DNA of 64,000 bases, taken from contig DAOOIV010000007.1 of NCBI GenBank assembly GCA_035384605.1, positions 50,420 to 114,419 on the forward strand, in the 5' to 3' direction. Shown here one piece after another: positions 25,383 to 35,709 of the stretch. Under the pieces are notes generated by a model that had not been told where the DNA came from, did not search any database, and saw only the letters and a program-made list of their open reading frames with translations. Position numbers and translations under genes: made by a program. This stretch comes from Phycisphaerae bacterium (GTDB lineage: Bacteria > Planctomycetota > Phycisphaerae > UBA1845 > PWPN01). How positions within the stretch are numbered: position 1 is the first letter of the stretch; every line of letters starts with the position of its first letter.

Positions 25383-28313
25383 TCAGTTGTCGTCGTCGCA
25401 GGCAGGATCTGCGGCGATGCCCGGACCACTCGCACAGGCCTCAAACGCCGCCATATCGGTCTGGTCGACATCGCCATCAGGCAAGGCTTGCAGTGGATCC
25501 TTTCGGTCGAAGCACCGACACTCGTCGGCAACTGTGCCGTTGGGACCAGTGTAGCAGGCCTGGAACAGGGCGAAGTCGGCCTGGTCAACATCACCGTCTC
25601 TGTCGGCATCGGCAAAGGGGTTACCGCAAAGCTTTGCCCCCAACACGGCGACGTCATCGATGACGATGGCCGTCGTGGCCGACGAATTGGCACCGGTGCC
25701 ACCAACCGTCTGGAAATAGAACTCGATGGTGATGTCATTCTGCGCGGACCCAATGAAGTCCACGCTCAATTGCGTGTACGGGTCATAGCCGTCCTGCGTG
25801 GCCTTGCCGTATTCGGGGAATCCGATCGTAGTGGAGGACGCCTCTGCGCCATCAACAATGATCGACGCCTTGAGGGTGCCACCCGGCCAGTCTTGATCCC
25901 AGAATCGTACCCAGTAGGTCAGAACCAACGCATAGTTACCGGGACCGTTGGGTAGTCCGAGAGATTGTGACAGCTTGCCGTTGTTCGGCGAGACCCAGGT
26001 GTTCCAGTTCAGAACAGGATCATTTGACCCGTAGGCAAACGCGTAGCATCCTGCGAGATAGTTGCCGCTGCGGGCAAGGTGGACTTCGTCGCCGGTATAC
26101 GGGGGATCGATTCCGGAAATCTTCGGGTAGCCATAGTTGCCGGGGTCACCCGGGCCAACCCAGTTTGTATAGGCGATCGAAGCCCCCGGCATCGGATCTC
26201 CCTTGTCCGTGGTCAGTTCATCGGGAGTCAGCACCCAGGCGCTGGAGGCCTCCTCGAAGCCTCCGTCGACTACGATACTGTCCCCCGTTGGGAGGGCCAG
26301 GGAGAAGGCGTTATTCACTGTGAGAGTACAGGCTCCTGCCGTGCCGACGAGTCTGTAGTTACCCGCCTGGGCATTGTGCAAGTCGAACGACATCACGACT
26401 GCGTTGGGGTCAGTTGCATCAACGACGGTGCCGACGATCGTCGTTTCGGGTTCCCAATAAGGCGCCCGGTCACCTGGAGGATTGCGTGGTTCGAGCATAC
26501 GGACCAGTTTCACCTCGGTGAGCAAGTCCACATTCATCCCGCTGACGGTTAGTTCGACGACACCTTGCGGCTTGACAAATGCATTCGGAGTCACACCGGT
26601 CAAAGCATACATGCCGCAACCCACTTCAAACACCTGTTTCTGGATCTGACCAAAGCACCCGGCCTGCTCGGTGATGATGTCATAGAGCCCCAGTGTCATT
26701 CCCTCTGGCGGAGGCACGAAATGAGCAGTCAACGACCCGCTGCTCTGAGCCGTGATGGTGCCGGGATACTGATCCAGCCCGCGCCCCAGGCGAATAGCGC
26801 TCACCTGATCCAGGTAAGCACCGGTCAATGTCAGATCGAACTCGCTGACCGGATCGGTAATCGATGGGTTGAAGCCTGTGACGGTGTGCTGGTTCGGGCA
26901 AGACGGCGCCAGAAGCTTCATGTCATCCATCCAGAGGGCAATCGCCTGGTTGGGCCCGTTGTTCCAGATCTTGTTGTAGACCGTCACGGTGGTGACGCCT
27001 GCGGGTACGGTGAAAGTCAACGATGCATCATCCCAGTCGTAGGATTGCGGCGGGAAATTCTCGACCCGCACCAAGCCCAGATTATCCGGCCCGTAGTAAT
27101 TCCAGGCCGTTGTGTAGGCGCCCTTAAGCACGCCAACTTCTATGGCGAAGTTGGGCTGCTCGTATCCGGCGGCCCACCACCAGGAGAGCACGAGTTGCTC
27201 ACCAGGAACGACCGGCACCTGTTGGACAAGACCACCCTCGCCTCCGTTGGCGTACCATTCTCCCGTGCGGAACGAGTATGTGCCCTCAATGACGTAGGTC
27301 TCGACTCCGTTAAGCTTGGGGTTGTGGATCCACCCGCCTGAGTCAATTCGCGAGTTGGCCATACCGCCACCCCAATCACTGTTGTATCTGGTCCACCCGG
27401 GGATCGCCGCGGTGTCTGATCCCGGAGTGCCCTGTTCAAAGCCGCCGTTGACCAGCAACGACGCCAAGGGGTCCCGGATTCGAAAAGCATTGTTCAAGAA
27501 TGCCGGCGCATAACCGGTTTTCTCGACCACAACGTTATAGCTGCCGTATGGTGCACCGGTGGTTGGGAAGTCCACGGTGAGCGACTTCCCGTCGCCGGCA
27601 ACCACGATGTTCCCCCCAACCAGTTCCGTTGCTCCCTGAACCAGCTTCACCGCCGTCACGCCCGTCAAACGGACACCAGTCACCGTCGCCGATGTGTTGC
27701 TGAGATTGTTGGCGATCAAATAAGGGGTTATGCCCGTAACGATCGGCTGCTCGCCATCGTTGCCGGCGTCAAACACGAGATCGTCGATGTTCCAGACTTT
27801 CCAGGCGTTTGCCGGTTGCGTCGTGATATATGAAAACAAGACGCGACAGACGACCGTCCCGACCGGAGCGGTTTTGTTCGTGATACTGGGCTGCTGCCAT
27901 GTGTCGTTGGGAGTCGAAGTCGCATCCCAAGTCTCAATGTTGTTGCCTGCTGCATCGCGAAAACGGATACGCAAGCGGAAGGAGTGCGTATCATTCCCGT
28001 AGATGCCGCCCCAGGCGTTCGCCTTGCACCACATGGATGCATTGCATACAGCGCCCGGCAACACGGGGACATCCTGATAGTACGTGGTGGTCTGAGCAGA
28101 GCCGGCGTAGTTCCACGCCCCGTGCCAGCTCTTGGTCCCGCTGTGTGCTTCCTCCCCAAGACCCGTGCCGTCGAGGCTGCCTTGGTTTCGGGTCCAGTAG
28201 GTGGAGTATCCTTCCTCAAACCCGGGGTTCAACAGCAGGTTTGCGGCCGTCGCCGGAGCGGCTAGAAGTCCGATCAACGTCATAGCCAGGGCCAAACAAA
28301 GAACGTTCTTCAT
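25383..28313 (-). CDS. Secreted protein with three CBM4_9-like carbohydrate-binding modules and C-terminal dockerin-type repeats
   Basis: Signal peptide MKNVLCLALAMTLIGLLAAPATA. Repeated LLNPGFEEG / LLVNGGFEQG / IVVDGGFEEAS motifs. C-terminal DADRDGDVDQADFALFQAC and DGDVDQTDMAAFEAC (dockerin EF-hand-like). GGAGGA lies upstream of the ATG at 28313. Confidence 0.75.
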   Translation of the reverse strand: MKNVLCLALAMTLIGLLAAPATAANLLLNPGFEEGYSTYWTRNQGSLDGTGLGEEAHSGTKSWHGAWNYAGSAQTTTYYQDVPVLPGAVCNASMWCKANAWGGIYGNDTHSFRLRIRFRDAAGNNIETWDATSTPNDTWQQPSITNKTAPVGTVVCRVLFSYITTQPANAWKVWNIDDLVFDAGNDGEQPIVTGITPYLIANNLSNTSATVTGVRLTGVTAVKLVQGATELVGGNIVVAGDGKSLTVDFPTTGAPYGSYNVVVEKTGYAPAFLNNAFRIRDPLASLLVNGGFEQGTPGSDTAAIPGWTRYNSDWGGGMANSRIDSGGWIHNPKLNGVETYVIEGTYSFRTGEWYANGGEGGLVQQVPVVPGEQLVLSWWWAAGYEQPNFAIEVGVLKGAYTTAWNYYGPDNLGLVRVENFPPQSYDWDDASLTFTVPAGVTTVTVYNKIWNNGPNQAIALWMDDMKLLAPSCPNQHTVTGFNPSITDPVSEFDLTLTGAYLDQVSAIRLGRGLDQYPGTITAQSSGSLTAHFVPPPEGMTLGLYDIITEQAGCFGQIQKQVFEVGCGMYALTGVTPNAFVKPQGVVELTVSGMNVDLLTEVKLVRMLEPRNPPGDRAPYWEPETTIVGTVVDATDPNAVVMSFDLHNAQAGNYRLVGTAGACTLTVNNAFSLALPTGDSIVVDGGFEEASSAWVLTPDELTTDKGDPMPGASIAYTNWVGPGDPGNYGYPKISGIDPPYTGDEVHLARSGNYLAGCYAFAYGSNDPVLNWNTWVSPNNGKLSQSLGLPNGPGNYALVLTYWVRFWDQDWPGGTLKASIIVDGAEASSTTIGFPEYGKATQDGYDPYTQLSVDFIGSAQNDITIEFYFQTVGGTGANSSATTAIVIDDVAVLGAKLCGNPFADADRDGDVDQADFALFQACYTGPNGTVADECRCFDRKDPLQALPDGDVDQTDMAAFEACASGPGIAADPACDDDN

Positions 28314-29139
28314 GTGATCCTCCTCCACAGGTTTTGCGTGGACCGGGCGAAGTCCGGTCATCACGGCTTGATCAATAAAATCGGTCATCATCGATCAGGG
28401 TCGACCCCCCATAATCGATTTTAGGACTGCTGCGGGGCGATTGCGCGACCCGTCGCTGAAACTTCACCTTCACTAGAACCGGGCTGACTGAAGGCCGGAA
28501 CCAGCTTCTCAGATCATCCCTCCAAGAGACGCCGGCGGACTGCATCGTGGCGTCCGGGGGCTCACTCGTCGCCAGCAAAACGGACGGCAGCAACACCTGC
28601 CAGAGGGCTCGCATGCTTCCTACGATTGGGGGCCGATCAGGTCCTGCTTTACGCTCCCGGACGGCCAGAATAGCCCAAGAACATCAAGGCGAACGCGAGC
28701 CTCGCAGTGCCGCCTTTCGCAAGATCACCACGACCGCAATTTTACGCCTTTCCACTGTAGCTTCTTCTGATGGCGTCCTGATACACGCCAACCCTGCGGT
28801 CGAGGTAGATTGTCCGCGACTAACTGCCTCTCAGGTTCTACTATAAGGTCTCGACAACAAAACGTCAACCATGAGATCGGCTGTTTGTTGTATCGAATTA
28901 CCTTTCTCCAGAAAGCGTTTCTGGGATCCTGAGCCACAGCAACAGCATTAAGGATGTTTGCTCTTGGCGATGGCTGTGAAAGTGGCACTGAACAAGCGGA
29001 GATGTGCATCACGGGAGATCAGAAAGGCCCTTCGGAGCGGTCGGCTGGCTCCTTTTCTCGGCCAAACCCCGGCGTGGACCGCCACGGAGCCCGCAAGCCG
29101 CCTTGTCGGGCGGTGGGAGACATGAGCGCAGGTTATGGA

Positions 29140-29379
29140 TCATTCCACTCGTTCCGATTCCCCAGCCGCGGTACCTGCCTGCTGCGGCGTTGACGAGTCG
29201 TTTGCGTGCTTGGGGGAGGGATCATCGGGTGGCTTGGGCGGGCAATTCAGTCTCTCGCAGCAACAGCCGCAACCCGATCCGCTTTTGTGCCGTAGCAGGA
29301 TGCCGAGGAAGCCGCCCGCCGCAGCCAGTAGCAGGATAATCGCGATGATCGATGCAGCATCAGCCAACATGATCTCCAT
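29140..29379 (-). CDS. Small (79 aa) membrane protein with Cys cluster GSGCGCCCERLNCP
   Basis: MEIMLADAASIIAIILLLAAAGGFLGILL forms one TM helix. Cys cluster, then a Pro-rich tail. Weak support. Confidence 0.3.
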   Translation of the reverse strand: MEIMLADAASIIAIILLLAAAGGFLGILLRHKSGSGCGCCCERLNCPPKPPDDPSPKHANDSSTPQQAGTAAGESERVE

Positions 29380-29740
29380 TCTGGCCGTGCCGCGAGTGAT
29401 CGGCAAGCAGGGTGATGTCGCCCAGCCGACATGCGGGTTGGCGAAAGGCAAGCCCGGGGCGCAGTGGGGCTCACCGTCAGGCACAGCGGCAAACACTCCG
29501 TCAGGCTAACCTGACGGGCAAGGACGGATCTCTGTAAGCGCTTTCAGTTCAGCAACTTGCAACTGGATGGTGAGCCAAGTACGAGTGTGATTCACGACCT
29601 CAACCCGCTTGGCCGATTTCCATTGAGAAGTTCTCGCGGATTGCCGGAATGGAACCTGTGTTGTGGCTGGACTTGCCGGCCGGCACCTGGTCTGGCATAG
29701 AATTAGCGGACACTCGAGGTTTCACGGACAGGAACAGACA

Positions 29741-30127
29741 ATGGCCGGCGTAGCAGAGGAGGATCGCTGCCGTTTGGCGGCCATCCTATGTATCGGTGGA
29801 CTGCTTTTCGTTCTCCTCGGCGTTTTTCTAACGTTGCAGTACCAATACGACGTCTATGAAACGACCACCTCGGGCCCCGGGCCGCTTCCAGACAACAAGG
29901 CGACGGCCAGGATGCTGCAGGCCGTATTGTTCTGGCTGCTGTTACTGCTCGGGATCTTCATGGTAAGCACGCTGGCGTTCCTGCGCTGGAGTCGAAGATT
30001 CCGGAAGTATCTTCTGGCGCGTCCTCATCCTCCGACGCCGGTGGACGATGTGTGGTCCATGCACCGGTTGCCGGAGGAGGCGGCCGGTTTGGCATCCCCC
30101 CCTAACCAAGGCGGCGAACCGGGCTGA
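29741..30127 (+). CDS. Small membrane protein (2 TM)
   Basis: MAGVAEEDRCRLAAILCIGGLLFVLLGVFL and a second helix LQAVLFWLLLLLGIFMV. Confidence 0.4.
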   Translation: MAGVAEEDRCRLAAILCIGGLLFVLLGVFLTLQYQYDVYETTTSGPGPLPDNKATARMLQAVLFWLLLLLGIFMVSTLAFLRWSRRFRKYLLARPHPPTPVDDVWSMHRLPEEAAGLASPPNQGGEPG

Positions 30128-30249
30128 AAGGGGAGCAGGCCGCAGTTCTCGTGGCCCCCGCCTGGGGAGGTGCCGATATAACCGCTGGACGGGCCTGCGC
30201 GGCTCGTGCCAATCCTGCTGCAAGAGGCTAGTACGCCGGAGGTGTCGGC

Positions 30250-31380
30250 ATGAGTTTGACCCCGATCGGCCCGGTCGATCTTTTCAGTCGTTCCAACCGC
30301 TGGGCTCCTCACGCAATCATCTCGATCCTGATCGCGGTCGGGGCTCTGACCGTCCTGGCACTGCCGGCCGTGGTGGTGCTCGTCGCCCGACAGGGTGTGG
30401 TGACGGGAATGGAGATACTGGCGATTGTCGGGCTTCTCATTGGCGTTCTATCCGTCTGTGGCATGCTGATCATCGGGATTATCGTTTATCGCCAGACGGA
30501 AGCCCTGGTCGAGAAGCTGACCGCCATCGACCAGCAGACAGCCATCCTTGCCGAGCAGAGCATGGCTCGAACACAGGCCCACACCTACGCTCAGAGCACC
30601 AGTGTCAATCCGGCAGAGCTTCGGACGTTGCTGGAACGGATTCATGAAGTGCTGCTTCTGCCCGAGCAGGAACGAGCCAATCGCTACCGCGCGATGGTGG
30701 AACGCGAGTTCGGGCGGCGCCTGGCGGTGATTGACCATCTCATCAGCACCAACGAGTTTCACCAGGCCCGCGAGGAGTTGACGGCGCTGTCGGAGCGTTT
30801 CGGCCAGGATCGCCGCATTTTGGTGGCCGCTGACCGTCTGGAAAAAGCGGCAAACGCGGCGTTGGCGAACGACGTGGCTCGCGTGACGCAATTCGTCAAG
30901 GATGTGGTCGCTCAGGGGCGATGGGACGAGGCTGAGCGGACCGTGCTGGAACTGGCCCGGAAGTATCCGTCGGCTACCGAGCCGAACGCCCTTCTGGAAA
31001 GACTGCGTCAGGAGAAGAAGAAGTTCGAGCAGCTTAATCGGCAGCGAATGCACGACGAGATTCAGCAGTTCGTGAATCAGAAGCGCTGGCAGGAGGCCCA
31101 CTCCGCAGCCCGGAAGTTTCTCGAGACCTTCCCCACCGGCCCGGATTCCGACGTACTGAGAAACCAGCTACCAACGCTCGAAGCGAACGCCGAGATCCAG
31201 GCCCGCCAGACGCTTGAGCGCTACATCAAGCAGTACATTCAGAAGCAGCAGTACTGGGATGCCCTGGCTCTGGCGCGGCGCATCCTGAACGAGTACCCGC
31301 TCAGTCCGCAGGCTAATGCCCTGCGCGGACAAATAGGCCGGTTGGAGGAGCTTGCGCGGCGTCAGGCACCGCAATCGTGA
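30250..31380 (+). CDS. Membrane protein with N-terminal TM helices and alpha-helical C-terminal region
   Basis: Three hydrophobic helices, then a charged helical/coiled-coil region. No catalytic motif. Confidence 0.55.
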   Translation: MSLTPIGPVDLFSRSNRWAPHAIISILIAVGALTVLALPAVVVLVARQGVVTGMEILAIVGLLIGVLSVCGMLIIGIIVYRQTEALVEKLTAIDQQTAILAEQSMARTQAHTYAQSTSVNPAELRTLLERIHEVLLLPEQERANRYRAMVEREFGRRLAVIDHLISTNEFHQAREELTALSERFGQDRRILVAADRLEKAANAALANDVARVTQFVKDVVAQGRWDEAERTVLELARKYPSATEPNALLERLRQEKKKFEQLNRQRMHDEIQQFVNQKRWQEAHSAARKFLETFPTGPDSDVLRNQLPTLEANAEIQARQTLERYIKQYIQKQQYWDALALARRILNEYPLSPQANALRGQIGRLEELARRQAPQS

Positions 31381-31483
31381 TTCTCTCGCGCGGTTGCGGC
31401 CCGCGGGTACGCCCGTCATCGATCATGGGCCGGCTTGCTTGGGAACCCTTGCTACCGCCCCGGTCCTGCCACGGGCTGGTTCA

Positions 31484-32293
31484 TCACCACGTTTCACCCA
31501 GCCCATAGCGATGCGGAGAGGCCTCATAGGCTTTCATGGCCTGGGGCATGAGTTTTCCGAGCCGCTCGATTCGCCGTGCCTCACGGGGGTGGGTGGACAG
31601 GAACTCGGGTGGACGGTTCTTGCCGGCCGCCTCCATCCGCTGCCACAGGGCCAAGGCCTCTCGCGGGTCGTAGCCGGCCCTGGCCGCATACATCAGGCCG
31701 ATCTGATCGGCCTCTGTCTCATGCGTCCGGCTGTACGGCAGGAGCACGCCCACATTGGTTCCGATACCGAAGGCCTGCAATGCCCCCGTCCGCACCATCG
31801 GTGAAGCCCTGCTCAGGCCGGTAGCCAGCAGCTCCTGAATAATCTCCGCGCTCAGGCGCTGGCTGAGGCGTTCCCCGCCGTGTCGTGCGACGGCGTGTGC
31901 CACCTCATGACCGACGACCACGGCCAGTCCAGCCTCATTCCTGGCGATGGGCAGCAGCCCGGTGTAAACGGCAATCTTGCCGCCGGGCAGGCAAAAGGCG
32001 TTGACCTGGTCGGATTCGAGCAGGGCAAACTCCCATTGAAAGTCAGGACGATTGGCAACAGCGGCGATGCGCCTGCCGACGCGCTCGACGATGGCCGTCA
32101 TCCGCGGATCGCTGCTGCGTTTCTCTTTGGCCAGTACCTCCTGGTAGGCGTCGAGGCCGAGCCGTTGTTCCTGTTCGGCCGACACGAGCATGATTTGTTT
32201 TCGCCCTGTCTCGGCGACGGTGGAGCACCCCACCGACCATGGGCCGGTGGAGAGCAGACCGATGACGAGCAGAAATGCGCCTTGTTTTCTCAT
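31484..32293 (-). CDS. M48-family zinc metallopeptidase lipoprotein (BepA/YcaL-like)
   Basis: HEVAHAVARHG (HExxH) and downstream THETEADQIGLMYAARAGYDP. Lipobox SVGCS. GGGAGG upstream of the ATG at 32293. Confidence 0.85.
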   Translation of the reverse strand: MRKQGAFLLVIGLLSTGPWSVGCSTVAETGRKQIMLVSAEQEQRLGLDAYQEVLAKEKRSSDPRMTAIVERVGRRIAAVANRPDFQWEFALLESDQVNAFCLPGGKIAVYTGLLPIARNEAGLAVVVGHEVAHAVARHGGERLSQRLSAEIIQELLATGLSRASPMVRTGALQAFGIGTNVGVLLPYSRTHETEADQIGLMYAARAGYDPREALALWQRMEAAGKNRPPEFLSTHPREARRIERLGKLMPQAMKAYEASPHRYGLGETW

Positions 32294-32625
32294 GGCGTTG
32301 CACCTCCCTCTGTCAACAGTTGACACAAGCGGTGTTCCATGCCGGCTTATCATAATTGGACACATCAGGCTGACAAAAGACAGGCCGGGGTGACTGCGAG
32401 GTCAGCGTCTGTGGCAGCATCGGCTGGTTGCGTAAAGGGAGACGGGCTCACCGGGGCATATCCGCACGGACAACGTTCAGTGTCGAACGATCGCCGGGAG
32501 TGGTCGCGGGTTTTGGACAAGAGCACGCCGGCCGTGCCGTGGACGGCAAGACCTCGATTGATCCGCAGTCCGGAAAAACAAACGGGCGGCCGCAATGACC
32601 GCCCACTTGCCGAAAAACGGTTACC

Positions 32626-32703
32626 TCACTTGCAGCAGCATTTCTTGCTGCTCTTCTTGGCGGTCTTCTTGCCGCCGGCTTTCTTGGCTTTCTTCTTAGC
32701 CAT
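32626..32703 (-). CDS. 25-aa lysine-rich peptide MAKKKAKKAGGKKTAKKSSKKCCCK
   Basis: Perfect Shine-Dalgarno AAGGAGG 6 nt upstream of the ATG, the strongest in the window. Below the ORF-track length cutoff. Found by eye. Confidence 0.4.
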   Translation of the reverse strand: MAKKKAKKAGGKKTAKKSSKKCCCK

Positions 32704-32944
32704 GGCGCACCTCCTTGCACGATCAACGAAGGCCCCGCGTGACGCGAACGGGACCGATACACAACCTAGCATCACTCGGCAGCGCCGTCAACCTCTTTCC
32801 GGTCGAAATCCGACTGTGATCCGGGGAGAGATAGTCCATCGTCGCCGGACGGCAAGGCGGGCTGCGCAGCTTCACGATTCGGCGTGGTTCGAAAGGGCGT
32901 TAACGAGTAACCCAAAGCATGAACACCGCCGGAAACGGTCAGCC

Positions 32945-33619
32945 CTAGATCTTGTCCTGGAGCCAATACTTCATGATCGCGGTGTACTCATACGCCAAGG
33001 TCGGAAGGATTCTCGCCCTCGCACGCCAGTTGCGGGCGGTCAGCGGTCCTTCCTGTTTGGTGGAAGGTCGGCCCACGAACACGCTGAAATGTGCATATCC
33101 GCCTTTTCGAAAACAGGCCGCAGCCCGGCGACTATGCTCCAGATTGGTGACGATGAGGAACCGATGCGCTGCCGGGTTGATGCCCTCAAGAGCGGCAATG
33201 GACCCTGGGTGGTCAGCAGTAGTGCGAGAGTTCTCATCGACCATAAGGCGGTCGGGGGGAATGCCCATGTTTTCGATCCGGCTCTTCATGACCAGCGCGG
33301 AGACACCGATATTGGAGACGATCACCCTTGGGGCGTATCCCTGCTTGAATAGCTCCGCCGCCCAGATCAGCCGCTCGTCTTCACCGCCAAGGCACACGAT
33401 GTAATCTGCCGCCTGGGGCGGTTGAGTCACATCCAGCAGATCCTGCAACCATCCCGTCAGCGGCGTGAAGACCAGCACGATCAGAATCAGCATGCTCAGC
33501 GCCAGCAACCCGCGGATTCGGCGGTAAGCCCATCCGACGGTTCGACGCCATCGCGGCGCCGCGGGACGAAGCAACCCCGGAGCATCTGCAACGCTACTGT
33601 CCGTCTGAGTCATAATCAT
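32945..33619 (-). CDS. DUF218 (SanA/YdcF/ElyC-like) domain protein
   Basis: N-terminal TM helix, then DYIVCLGGEDERL and the conserved DUF218 core. Confidence 0.7.
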   Translation of the reverse strand: MIMTQTDSSVADAPGLLRPAAPRWRRTVGWAYRRIRGLLALSMLILIVLVFTPLTGWLQDLLDVTQPPQAADYIVCLGGEDERLIWAAELFKQGYAPRVIVSNIGVSALVMKSRIENMGIPPDRLMVDENSRTTADHPGSIAALEGINPAAHRFLIVTNLEHSRRAAACFRKGGYAHFSVFVGRPSTKQEGPLTARNWRARARILPTLAYEYTAIMKYWLQDKI

Positions 33620-33724
33620 CGCATGGTCTCCTCGGCCTTACGACCCCACATGGTTGCCGCACTCACAGCCGGCTGCAAGCTGCACACGCTTCCCCAATTC
33701 CATGGCCGCACGTAAGATGCCATC

Positions 33725-35323
33725 ATGGCCGCCAGCATCAACCAGTCCGGCAACCAGCCCAACGCCGAGCAAGAGGCAGGTCGATCCGCTTTCGACACCT
33801 TCGCGGGCTGGCTGCTGGTGTTCCTCGCAAGCTTGTGCCTTTACGCCGCGACGGCCAATCGGGGTGCTCAGTGGCAAGACTCCGGGGAATTCATACTCCG
33901 CATCACCACGGGCGACCTGCTGGGACGCCTGGGACTGGCCCTATCCCATCCGCTGCATTATTGGATCGGCCGTGCGGTCATCGCTCCTCGACTGCTTGAA
34001 CCTGCCTTCGCGATCACCCTGATCAGCAGCCTCGGGGCCGCCCTGGCCGTTGCGGCGGTGTACGGCTGTGTGCGCACGTTGTCAGGCAGTGAACCGGCAG
34101 CGTTTTTTGCCGCGGGCTCGCTTGCAGTGGCCAACACCTTCTGGCATCTGGCCACTATTGCTGAGGTCTACACTCTCAGTGCCGCGCTGCTGGCGGGAGA
34201 GTGCTGGTGCGTGGCGGTCTACGCCAGGCGGGGCAGCCGGTGGGCCGTCTGGGGTATGTGTCTGTTTAACGGCCTTGGCCTGGCGAACCATCTTCAGTCG
34301 GTGTTGACCTTGCCGGTCATCGCGGTGGTGATTCTTCATGGCATAGGGTCGCGGCGATTGAAAACGGGCGACGTTTTAATCGCTTTATGGCTCTGGCTGC
34401 TGGGATCATTGCCATACACGGGGTTGGTGCTTGGGTTGATGGTCCACGGCGCCGACCCGATGAAGACGCTTCAGTCGGCGCTCTTCGGCAATCACTTTTC
34501 GGGGGCGGTCCTCAACGCACGCGCCACCACCCGGATGATGGTGACCGACATCGCTTTCCCTTTGTTGAATTTCCCGAACTTGCTGATCCCGGCCGCACTG
34601 TACGGCCTTGCCGGATATCGACGAGCCGGCGTGCCGAGGCTTGCCTGGCTCGCGATGATCGTCGGACTGGCCATCCACGCCGTTTTTGTCTTGCGGTACG
34701 AGGTTCTTGATCAACATACCTTTTTTCTGCCGATGTACACTTTTCTGGCGATCTTCGGCGGTGTGGGCGCGGCGGCCGTTCTGCAATGGCCGTCCACGCC
34801 GAAGCGCTCGATCCTGTGCACGGCGGCGATTTTTCTGCTGCTCGTGACGCCTTTGCTCAACATTGCGGCCATCACCATGGCAAGACGTGCTCAACTGCTG
34901 GGTCGGTTCGCGCACCGCAAGCCCTATCGCGACGACTATATCTACCTGCTGGTACCCTGGAGCGCCGTTGACCGTTCAGCCGAGCGTATGAGCAATGAGG
35001 CGGTGAGCCTGGCCGGACCGGACGGGTTGATTCTCGTCGAAGACGGCATGGCCCGAAGCGCTGTCGAGTACCGCCGGCTCCAAGCCGGTTTGCCTGGCAT
35101 CCATGTTCGAATGGTACCGGCTGCGGGGCAGCAAGAAGAGTTGGAGAGACTGGCAACGGACGTGCGTGTTGAGGCTCAGGCCGGTCGAGCCGTCGTGCTC
35201 GTTCCTCTCAACCGCGATCAGCCGCGGCTTGCACCGCCGCTGGGCCGGTGGGAACGACATGGCGACCTTTACGTACTTGATGCCGCGGCCGGCACCCCGG
35301 CCTCTGCGGAAACGGCTCCGTGA
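33725..35323 (+). CDS. DUF2723/TMEM260-like multi-pass membrane glycosyltransferase-like protein
   Basis: WQDSGEF...LGLALSHPLHY motif and about 10 TM helices with a soluble C-terminal domain. Confidence 0.65.
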   Translation: MAASINQSGNQPNAEQEAGRSAFDTFAGWLLVFLASLCLYAATANRGAQWQDSGEFILRITTGDLLGRLGLALSHPLHYWIGRAVIAPRLLEPAFAITLISSLGAALAVAAVYGCVRTLSGSEPAAFFAAGSLAVANTFWHLATIAEVYTLSAALLAGECWCVAVYARRGSRWAVWGMCLFNGLGLANHLQSVLTLPVIAVVILHGIGSRRLKTGDVLIALWLWLLGSLPYTGLVLGLMVHGADPMKTLQSALFGNHFSGAVLNARATTRMMVTDIAFPLLNFPNLLIPAALYGLAGYRRAGVPRLAWLAMIVGLAIHAVFVLRYEVLDQHTFFLPMYTFLAIFGGVGAAAVLQWPSTPKRSILCTAAIFLLLVTPLLNIAAITMARRAQLLGRFAHRKPYRDDYIYLLVPWSAVDRSAERMSNEAVSLAGPDGLILVEDGMARSAVEYRRLQAGLPGIHVRMVPAAGQQEELERLATDVRVEAQAGRAVVLVPLNRDQPRLAPPLGRWERHGDLYVLDAAAGTPASAETAP

Positions 35324-35709
35324 CGGACCCAGGCAAGCTTCGGCTCAGCACCATATTTCAGCACCGTATTGTCAGAGACCACCCGCCCTGTAATAAACCG
35401 CTTGCAGGAGTGTCCAACAGGCTGAACAAGCAGCGCCCAAGATGAATCATCTCTGCGCCGTGGGTATCGCCATGACGGTCGGCCGGCAGAAGGTGTCGGT
35501 AGTATGTGTTCAGATAATTCCTTTTATGGAAAGCATTTACGATTCCAGTGCGGCGCATGGTGGAAGGGGCTTTGCCGGCGGCGGTTCGGAAAAACGGCCG
35601 GGTTTCTAATGGGCGCAGACCGCCGTAGCGGATAGATTGCGCTTATCCGAGAAAAGGGTTTCTCAGCAATTCAATTCGGTGGGCCACTGAGGAGAAGAAA
35701 GGACGAACC

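Noticed and set aside
25173-25955. 260-aa + ORF
   Set aside because: Antisense to the 3' end of the CBM/dockerin gene. It starts inside the dispersed repeat.
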